From positions 96,001 through 160,000 of the forward strand of contig JBBIPC010000006.1 of NCBI GenBank assembly GCA_037443035.1: 64,000 nt of DNA, written 5' to 3'. How positions within the stretch are numbered: the stretch's first letter is position 1; every line of letters begins with the position of its first letter. Source of the stretch: Chthonomonadales bacterium. Lineage in GTDB: Bacteria; Armatimonadota; Chthonomonadetes; Chthonomonadales; CAJBBX01. The notes under the pieces are model-generated. The model worked only from the letters and a program-made list of their open reading frames with translations. It was not told the DNA's origin and did no database searches. Both the position numbers and the translations under genes were made by a program. Shown piece by piece: positions 57,163 through 64,000 of this stretch.

Positions 57163-60100
57163 ATGAGACAGACGACCCGATTTGCCGTCGTGCCGGCGGT
57201 GCTCGTGCTGACGTTAGCGACGGTAGGACCACCGAGTCTGGCACAGAGCGGCTCAAAGGCAGGCAAGTCCGGCAGCGGCAAGACCACGACGAGCCGGGGG
57301 AAAAGCGCCGGTGGTTCGAAAGTGAATACGTTGCCGGGTCTGCCATCGAGTAGCACCCGAACGGGTCTGCAGGTGGTTCGCTTGCAGGCTCCTCCGCCTC
57401 CACAGGAGAAGAAAGACGCGCCCCCCACGCAAAACGGCCAAGGTACTCCGCCACCGTCGCAGGGTGGGCAGGGCGCACCACCATCCCAGGGAGGGCCAAC
57501 GCCACCGCCCGGTCAGGGGGATCAGGCGGCTCCGCCGCCCACGCAGACAGGCCAGGGGAACACACCCGTGCAGGGCGGTGAGAATGCTCCTGCCGCAGGC
57601 GGGGAAGGCCGATCCAGTCGTAGGAGCCGCCAGTCGGGCGGGTTTGGCGGCGGCTTCGGTGGCTTCGGTGGCTTCGGTGGTGGTGCGACGATCACGATGG
57701 ACTTCCGTGGAGCCGACATTGGCAACGTCTTGAAGTTCTTTTCCATGGCCACAGGTTGGCAGATAGTCCCCGATGCTAACCTGACGGGTCCTGTCACCAT
57801 TATCAGCCCCAAGCCGTTGACGCTCGATCAGGCTTTCCAGGTACTCCAATCTACGCTGGAAGTGCGTGGCTACAGCGGTCAGATCGAGAAGCGCGGGGAT
57901 ACGACGATACTGAAGATCGTGCCGTTGGACCGCGCAGTGCAAAGCACCCCATTACTGAGCAGCCCCGAGGGGGGTGTTGTGCCGGATCAGGCGCAGGGGC
58001 AGGTGATCACGCAGGTCATTCCCATCGAGAATGTGGATGCGGCCTCACTGGCTCGCGAGCTCCAACCGCTCATCAATAAGGGAGCCAGCATGGTGGGTAG
58101 CGCTGGAACGAACGCGCTCGTTGTCACCGACACGGCAACCAACGTGAAGAGGATCTCGGAACTGGTCAAGCTCCTCGACCGTGCAGCGAGTAATAACGAG
58201 CTTCGTATGTTCCGCCTCAAGCGAGCCGACGCGACCGACGTTGCCAGCGCAGTGAACTCACTATTCCGGCAGATCTACACGCGAGGGACGAACCGTGGCA
58301 TGCAGATGATGCCCGGCCAGCCCGGCATGCCACCAGGGATGCCGGGTATGCCGGGACAGCCACAGCCCAACATGCCCACGGGGCAGGAGCGAGGTGCCGT
58401 GGTCGCTGTTGCCGACACACGCACGAACTCGGTGCTCGTGGTAGCGTCGAAGGAAAACATGCAGCGGGTGGAGGACCTCATCAACAACCTCGATGACGAG
58501 AGCGCCGGGGCCCTAGAAACGAAGATCGTGAAGATGAAATACGCCAACGCCGTGGATGTGGCGAACACGATCAGCCAGGTCCTCACGGAGGCGGCGACAG
58601 CGCGGAGTACGTCAGGCAGAACTGGCGGCGCGAGCTTCTTCCAGCGGGTGTTCGGTATGGGCGGTGGCCAACAGCAGCAGACGCAGAGCAGCGGCGACCC
58701 CTTCGCCAAGGTCGTGGCTGACGCTCGGACGAACTCGCTCATTATCACTGCTACGGCTGAGAGGATGGCCCGCATTGACGAGATGATCGCCGCGCTGGAT
58801 GTGGATGTGCCGGTCGAGACAACGACCTTTGTCATCCCGCTGAAGAATGCCCAAGCATCGGACCTGGCAGTCATCTTGGGTGACGCGTTCGGAACGGGTA
58901 CCGGTTCCAGAAGCTCGGGCACCTCCTATGGAGTCATGTTCAACCCGTTCGGCACGACGCAACGCTCGAATCAGCGTCAGAACATCCAGCGACGCCAGAG
59001 CACAACGGGGCGAACGACTGGGCGCGCCGCTCCCATCAATGCCCCAGGAACATCGCGTGCCTATCCCGACGAGGTGCACGGCACGCTGACGCCTGAAGGC
59101 TTCGTACCGGATGCAGAGCAGGATGATGATCTATCCGGACAGACACGGCAGTTCGTCTTCGGACAAGGCGGTCAGATGGGGTTCGGAGGGGGGAGGCAGG
59201 GCACGGCGACTCAGCCGCTCTACGGTCGCGGGCAGCAGGGGAACTTCGTCAACCTTCTCCAGTTCCGCAACAACGTCAACGTCGCCGCCGATCCGTCCAG
59301 CAACAGCCTCATCGTGACGACGACGCCAGACACCATCGAGGAGCTGCGCCGCATCATCGCCCAGTTGGACACCGTCCCCAACCAGGTGATGATCGAAGTT
59401 ATCATTGCCGAGGCCAGCGTCAACGCATCGCAGAAGCTGGGCTTCCAGTTCGATGCTTCCGGTATAGGCAAGCTCTTCGGTTCACCCATCACGCAGCAGG
59501 GCAACTCGAACTTCCCGCTGGGGTCCGCGGGTTCAACGTCCGCAAACATCACTTCACCGATATCGCCTGGTGTCCAGTACGGGGTACAGAGCGAGAAGTT
59601 CAACGCACTGGTTCAAGCGCTGAACAGCGACAACCGGGTGCACATCTTGTCCACACCTCGCGTCTTCACGTCCAACAACCAGCAGGCGCAGGTCTCGGTG
59701 ACTACGCGAGTTCCCTATGCCACGAGCTCGTTCACAGGTGGGCTTAATATCGGCTCCAGTGTGACGTATGACTGGCTGGATGTCGGCATTACCCTCGACG
59801 TGACGCCGAGGATAACGGCCGATGGTCTGGTGACAATAGATGTCGTCGCGACGGCCAGTGAGCTTCTCGGTTTCGACACACTGCAGAGCAGCGTTGACAC
59901 CAACGGCCGCTCCACGAGCATCCTGGCACCTCGCACCTCGGACCGAACGACTGATACGTCCGTCACTGTGCGGGATGGCGAAATCGTCGCTCTGGCAGGG
60001 CTGATGCGGGATAGCAAGAACACGCGCATCGACAAGGTCCCCCTGCTGGGCGACATCCCGATCATAGGCAGCCTCTTCCGGACTAGTACGACCAGCACAG

Positions 60101-60375
60101 AGAAGACGGAACTCATGATCTTCCTCGTGCCGCACGTCATCTCCGGCGACGCGTCGGCGAGGGCTATGACGGAAGATGTATCGAAGAACGTCCGGCGGTT
60201 GGTCCCCGAGCTGGAGAGAGAGCGTCCGGAGCTGAAGCCGCGACAGCAGACACCTCCGCAACACGGCCAGCAGACACCGCCGGAAGGCGGACAACAGACA
60301 CCCCCTGGGCAAGGTGGTCAGCAGACGCCACCACCCGGCAACACGGGCCAGCAGACTCCGCCGGCGAAGCCCTGA
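57163..60375 (+). CDS. gspD: Secretin GspD
   Basis: Signal peptide; N0 (MDFRGADI), repeated D.RTNS N-domains, QVMIEVII.E, LS.PR....NQ.A, DVGI.L.VTPRI and KVPLLGDIP.IG.LFR. Confidence 0.93.
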   Translation: MRQTTRFAVVPAVLVLTLATVGPPSLAQSGSKAGKSGSGKTTTSRGKSAGGSKVNTLPGLPSSSTRTGLQVVRLQAPPPPQEKKDAPPTQNGQGTPPPSQGGQGAPPSQGGPTPPPGQGDQAAPPPTQTGQGNTPVQGGENAPAAGGEGRSSRRSRQSGGFGGGFGGFGGFGGGATITMDFRGADIGNVLKFFSMATGWQIVPDANLTGPVTIISPKPLTLDQAFQVLQSTLEVRGYSGQIEKRGDTTILKIVPLDRAVQSTPLLSSPEGGVVPDQAQGQVITQVIPIENVDAASLARELQPLINKGASMVGSAGTNALVVTDTATNVKRISELVKLLDRAASNNELRMFRLKRADATDVASAVNSLFRQIYTRGTNRGMQMMPGQPGMPPGMPGMPGQPQPNMPTGQERGAVVAVADTRTNSVLVVASKENMQRVEDLINNLDDESAGALETKIVKMKYANAVDVANTISQVLTEAATARSTSGRTGGASFFQRVFGMGGGQQQQTQSSGDPFAKVVADARTNSLIITATAERMARIDEMIAALDVDVPVETTTFVIPLKNAQASDLAVILGDAFGTGTGSRSSGTSYGVMFNPFGTTQRSNQRQNIQRRQSTTGRTTGRAAPINAPGTSRAYPDEVHGTLTPEGFVPDAEQDDDLSGQTRQFVFGQGGQMGFGGGRQGTATQPLYGRGQQGNFVNLLQFRNNVNVAADPSSNSLIVTTTPDTIEELRRIIAQLDTVPNQVMIEVIIAEASVNASQKLGFQFDASGIGKLFGSPITQQGNSNFPLGSAGSTSANITSPISPGVQYGVQSEKFNALVQALNSDNRVHILSTPRVFTSNNQQAQVSVTTRVPYATSSFTGGLNIGSSVTYDWLDVGITLDVTPRITADGLVTIDVVATASELLGFDTLQSSVDTNGRSTSILAPRTSDRTTDTSVTVRDGEIVALAGLMRDSKNTRIDKVPLLGDIPIIGSLFRTSTTSTEKTELMIFLVPHVISGDASARAMTEDVSKNVRRLVPELERERPELKPRQQTPPQHGQQTPPEGGQQTPPGQGGQQTPPPGNTGQQTPPAKP
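60244..60363 (+). repeat. Five tandem QQTPP peptide repeats at the GspD C-terminus
   Basis: QQTPPQHG-QQTPPEGG-QQTPPGQGG-QQTPPPGNTG-QQTPP; recurring ca(g/a)cagac-cc DNA unit. Confidence 0.8.
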
Positions 60376-60398
60376 ACCCCGTGCAACGTTGCGAACGA

Positions 60399-60428
60399 CG
60401 CGGGGCAGGCCACGCGACCTGCCCCGCG
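60399..60428. terminator. Hairpin terminator between convergent gspD and the oxidoreductase
   Basis: 11-bp stem CGCGGGGCAGG / CCTGCCCCGCG with 8-nt loop. Confidence 0.6.
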
Positions 60429-60451
60429 CGTCGCTTCTGTTCGGAAATCCG

Positions 60452-61552
60452 CTACAGCTTCAACGCCGTGGAGACCGAAGCTTCCCGGACCTCGTCGGCG
60501 GTCACTTCCCTACCCAGCCTATCGGATAGGTAGATCCCCTCGCTGATGAGCATGGTCGCCAGGGCGGCTTCGGCGGTGGGCAGGAGCTCCACCCGACCCT
60601 GCAGGGCGGCGATCCAATGATGCTGCGGCGAGTCGTAGGCGGACGTCTCTTCGTAGAGCTGGTGCCATCGCCAGTCCGCGCTGTCCAAGAGAAACGTCGC
60701 GTCCATCTCCATGTCGCAGACGGTGGTGTGGAACGAGAAGGGCTCCAGGCGCACGCCACCTTTGGACCCGAGAACGCAACTCCCCTCCAGGCCGCTTAGG
60801 TGCAGGGCCCAGGACTCGATGATGTCCAGGGTGATGTCGTCAGCCAACTTCACGAATCCCAGCCCCAGCTCCTCGACGTTGTACCCGCTGGATTGGCGGC
60901 GGCCAGCGTCCATGTCGGTCTCTTGATAGACCTTGCCACTGATGCGGAGCACTTGGGGCAGGCCGAGCAGGTAGAGGATCCGGGCGATGTGATAGACCCC
61001 CATGTCGTAGAGGGCGCCTCCCGCGGCAACCTCCTTCTTGACGAAGGACGCGGTGCCATAGCCATCCACGAAGGGCCTGCCTCGCCGCCGAAAACCTGAG
61101 GAGCGGGCATGGTAGAGGTGCCCGAGGTAGCCCCCGTCTATCAGGCGCTTGGCGGCTTTGGTTTCCTTGGAAAAAAGAGTCGAGAGCTGGATGCTCAGCT
61201 TGCGCCCGCACTTCCGGGCTGTCTCGTACATCCGCAGGGCGTCTACGTACGAGCCGGCCATGGGCTTCTCGCAGTAGACATGCTTGCCGGCCTCCAACGC
61301 GGCGATGGTGACCGGCGCGTGCAGGTTGTTGTGCAGGCAGATGTCCACGGCCACCACTTCCGGATCGGCAAGAAGATCCCGGAAGTTGGTGTAGGTCCGC
61401 GGGATGGAGAAACGCTCGGCGACGCGGTGCAGCTCGTCTTGGGCGATGTCGGCGGCCGCGACGGCCTTGGCCCCCTCGATGCGGGCATAGTTCTCCAGAT
61501 GGTGCTTGCCGATCTGGCCCACACCGATGATCCCGATTGGCAAAGGTTCCAT
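60452..61552 (-). CDS. Gfo/Idh/MocA-family oxidoreductase
   Basis: [10 protein letters not shown]......[13 protein letters not shown] and GGAL.DMG.Y. Confidence 0.9.
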   Translation of the reverse strand: MEPLPIGIIGVGQIGKHHLENYARIEGAKAVAAADIAQDELHRVAERFSIPRTYTNFRDLLADPEVVAVDICLHNNLHAPVTIAALEAGKHVYCEKPMAGSYVDALRMYETARKCGRKLSIQLSTLFSKETKAAKRLIDGGYLGHLYHARSSGFRRRGRPFVDGYGTASFVKKEVAAGGALYDMGVYHIARILYLLGLPQVLRISGKVYQETDMDAGRRQSSGYNVEELGLGFVKLADDITLDIIESWALHLSGLEGSCVLGSKGGVRLEPFSFHTTVCDMEMDATFLLDSADWRWHQLYEETSAYDSPQHHWIAALQGRVELLPTAEAALATMLISEGIYLSDRLGREVTADEVREASVSTALKL

Positions 61553-61595
61553 GTGTCGCTACTCCTCGAGTTGGGAATGCAGTCTGGCACGACGG

Positions 61596-62657
61596 CTACG
61601 CGAAGCTGCCCAGCTGCCGTGCCAGGTTGACGATATGCTGAAAGCTCTCCAGACTGACGCTGGACGGGACGGAGTGATCCGAGCTGAAGATGTAGCCGCC
61701 GTCCTCCTTGAGGACCGGTACGACCCGGCGCATTTCGGCCTCGATGGCATCCAGGTCGTCCCAGAGCACCGCGTTGACGCCGCCGTGTAGGACAAGACGG
61801 TCGCCGTAGCGCTGCTTGATGGCCACGGGGTCCATGCCGGCCTTGACCTCCAATGGGTTGAGGGCGTCGATGCCAGCGTCGAGGAACTCCGGGATGAAGG
61901 GGTTCACGTCACCACAGGAATGGAGGTGGACCCAGACGCCCCGGGCGTGGGCCCAGTCGGCGACGCGCTTGTGCAGGGGTTTGAGAAGCTGCCGGTAGGT
62001 CCGAACCGAGAAGAACTGGCTGTGCTTGTAACCCATGTCGTCGGGCCAAGTCACCACGTCGAAATGGTAACCGGCGTCCCAGACCCGTTCGAGGAGCGCC
62101 AGGTTGACATCCAGGAAGTGCCCGAAGATGTCCGCGAGCCATTCGGGGTCTTCGGCCAGGGCCAGCAAGACGCGCTCGGTACCCACGGTCCACGAGTGGG
62201 TGACGTCGAAACCGAACCACAGGTGCCCCTCGATCCAGTAGCCCTCTTCGCGCCAGCGGCGGTAGTTTTGTCGGAGGTGATCCCAGGGGATGCGGTCGTC
62301 GGAAGGGGTCATGCGGGCCTTGGCCTCCCGCCACGTGTCCCAATCCACGATGGTGAAGTCCAGGAACTCCGGCACGCCACCGGCATGTTTCCAGTTCTTC
62401 ATGGTGACGCCGTAGCTGGACGTGCTGATGACGTAGTCCTCGGTCTCGTCCAGAACGCGGACCGGATATCGCGGGCTGATATCTACCGAGATACCTGCCA
62501 CGCGGTCGAGGTCGAAATACTCCACGAAGCTGAGATCTTCCGGCATGCCCTCGCGCCGCCACCGCTCGATGGTGGCCCCCCACGGGATGTCAATGATGGG
62601 CACGCGGTCGGCTTCGCGGTGTTGGTACATGCGGGCGAAGCGCTCGCGGCTGGTCAC
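61596..62657 (-). CDS. Uroporphyrinogen decarboxylase/MtaA-CmuA-family protein
   Basis: GTG 62657 overlapping the upstream TGA; TSRERF...H.E.DRVP, DDMG, HSCG, NPLE..AGM, L.GG. and GGYIF.SDHS. Confidence 0.85.
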   Translation of the reverse strand: MTSRERFARMYQHREADRVPIIDIPWGATIERWRREGMPEDLSFVEYFDLDRVAGISVDISPRYPVRVLDETEDYVISTSSYGVTMKNWKHAGGVPEFLDFTIVDWDTWREAKARMTPSDDRIPWDHLRQNYRRWREEGYWIEGHLWFGFDVTHSWTVGTERVLLALAEDPEWLADIFGHFLDVNLALLERVWDAGYHFDVVTWPDDMGYKHSQFFSVRTYRQLLKPLHKRVADWAHARGVWVHLHSCGDVNPFIPEFLDAGIDALNPLEVKAGMDPVAIKQRYGDRLVLHGGVNAVLWDDLDAIEAEMRRVVPVLKEDGGYIFSSDHSVPSSVSLESFQHIVNLARQLGSFA

Positions 62658-63397
62658 TTCGCAGATACCTCCAATCCCTCGCCGTCCAGGATCACGTTGA
62701 CACTGCAGCGCATGTTGTCGGGATCGCGAACCCAGTCGAGATATGGAGCGAGCCGAGCAGCGCAGTTGACGCTGTTGTGGGCCAGCACCAGACCGCCTGG
62801 GACGAGGCGATCGTAGCATCCCTGCAGGATGTCCAGGTAGATGGCCTTTCCGCGGACCGCATCGCCGTCGGCGTCGAGGTAGAGCAGGTGCAGGTCCTCG
62901 GGGAAGTCGCGGGCCACGTCCACGGCGTCGGCGGCGATCACTCGGGCCACACCCGTGAGATCGAGCCGGCGGACGTTGCGCTCGGCGCGCTCGGCTTCGT
63001 GTGGCACGATCTCCACGCCGATGAGGTTCTTGGCCGTGTAACAAGCGCCCGGACCCACGGCTGCGCCGGCGTTGGAGATGAACGTGTTGCCACAGAACAC
63101 GCCGGCGGCCAGCATGTTTGCGGGTTGCGCGATGGCGTTGATGGCGTAGATCAGGCGCTGCTGGCGGGGCGTGATGGCGGTCCAGGGTATCTCGAACTTC
63201 TCGGCGACGGCAGCACGATGGCCGAGGAATCGCTCGTGGTCGTAGCGGGTATGGGGCAGGATGCCCAAGTCGCACAAGTACTCGAGAGCGCCCTGAACGA
63301 CGGCGATCTCGGCCTCGAGGGGTTCCAGCTGCAGATGCGGCTGCCGCATGTCCATGCGGTATTCCGCCCAATCCGGCGCGCGATACTCATAGCTCAA
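62654..63397 (-). CDS. Class I SAM-dependent (O-)methyltransferase-like protein
   Basis: AGVFCGNT motif I variant, IGVEI, ADA, LLYLDAD and LVPGGLVLAHN. Confidence 0.75.
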   Translation of the reverse strand: MSYEYRAPDWAEYRMDMRQPHLQLEPLEAEIAVVQGALEYLCDLGILPHTRYDHERFLGHRAAVAEKFEIPWTAITPRQQRLIYAINAIAQPANMLAAGVFCGNTFISNAGAAVGPGACYTAKNLIGVEIVPHEAERAERNVRRLDLTGVARVIAADAVDVARDFPEDLHLLYLDADGDAVRGKAIYLDILQGCYDRLVPGGLVLAHNSVNCAARLAPYLDWVRDPDNMRCSVNVILDGEGLEVSAK

Positions 63398-64000
63398 CGC
63401 ACTTCTCCGAAGCGATGATGTGGGAGTCCAGTGGTGCCGTGATGCGATGGCCCGGGGGAACGGTCAGGAACTCCTCGGGGTCCCATTCCCCGTTCACCAG
63501 CTTGCGAAGGAGACGCAGGTCGCCCTGAACCTTCTCGAACTTCCAGCCGCGCTCCTGGGCTTCCCGGCCCGTCTGCTGCTCGAAGCGGTCGTCCGGCTCC
63601 ACACCCATCTCGATGAATGTGAACTGGGAGTAGTTGCGGGTGGTGTCGCAGAGCATCTCGTAGAGGTACTCGGCGTTGTCCTCGCCGTACTTCTCCACCA
63701 GCTCCGTGTAGGTGCGGTCCATGCCCACGCGGTGCTGGACCGTCTGCGGCATGAGATCCTCGGCGATGCCGCCCCGCTCGATCCAGCCGGAAGTCTTGAA
63801 ATAGACCCCGGGGTGCGTGTGAAAGTACTCTTCGTAGCGTTGGCGGCTTCCCAGGAAGAGGGTCATACAGTCGTGGGCGCGGGGCACCACGAGAGGCGCG
63901 GTGGTGGCCACGAGGCCTGCGATGCCGTTGTTGCATAGACCGTATCCGAGGAGCACGGCGTCGTAGACACCCTCGGGGATACAGTCCAAGACGGCTTGGA
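63387..64000 (-). CDS. DUF1638-domain protein (5'-partial)
   Basis: YDAVLLGYGLC.NG..GL, LVVPRAHDC.TLFLGS...Y, Y.EL.EKYGEDNA.YL and GD..LL.KL..G.W. Confidence 0.85.
   Translation of the reverse strand, partial: QAVLDCIPEGVYDAVLLGYGLCNNGIAGLVATTAPLVVPRAHDCMTLFLGSRQRYEEYFHTHPGVYFKTSGWIERGGIAEDLMPQTVQHRVGMDRTYTELVEKYGEDNAEYLYEMLCDTTRNYSQFTFIEMGVEPDDRFEQQTGREAQERGWKFEKVQGDLRLLRKLVNGEWDPEEFLTVPPGHRITAPLDSHIIASEKCVEL

Noticed and set aside
62658..63371. N-terminal extension of the 591-aa ORF 61596-63371
   Set aside because: It overlaps the methyltransferase in another frame; the URO-D-like protein starts at GTG 62657 with a GTGA overlap.

Overview
Gene-dense, GC-rich bacterial chromosomal window of about 60 CDS plus one tRNA-Gln(TTG). 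I found no mobile elements, CRISPR arrays or rRNA. The gene repertoire (DUF1559-like prepilin protein, Gly/Met-rich exported proteins, T2SS, RCC1/WD40/HEAT proteins) tentatively suggests Armatimonadota or a similar lineage; this is inference only. Main loci: lpdA-bmp; tatC-(small TM ORF)-ychF-tRNA; uxaA; a K+ operon (KimA-like APC transporter, STAS-USP fusion, two RCK/TrkA proteins, no TrkH/KtrB); rng-ybeY-dgkA/PAP2-corC; serA; a micro-FhaB-like peptide + PP2C + HEAT operon; a clostripain-like lipoprotein with Ser at the catalytic Cys position; argF-argG-argH-DUF4350-moxR; a heterodimeric ABC exporter; an RCC1 protein; ytxH-sigma70-zwf; a T2SS/T4P-like gspE-F-G-H-I-J-K-L-M-C-D cluster; and an apparently more GC-rich DUF1638/methyltransferase/URO-D/Gfo cluster at the right end. 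The strongest candidate for novelty is an ornithine carbamoyltransferase fused to a ClpC-type N-terminal domain that appears to keep only one of the two phospho-arginine pockets, next to a methanogen-like ArgG. All family assignments come from recognising motifs by eye; no database searches were run.
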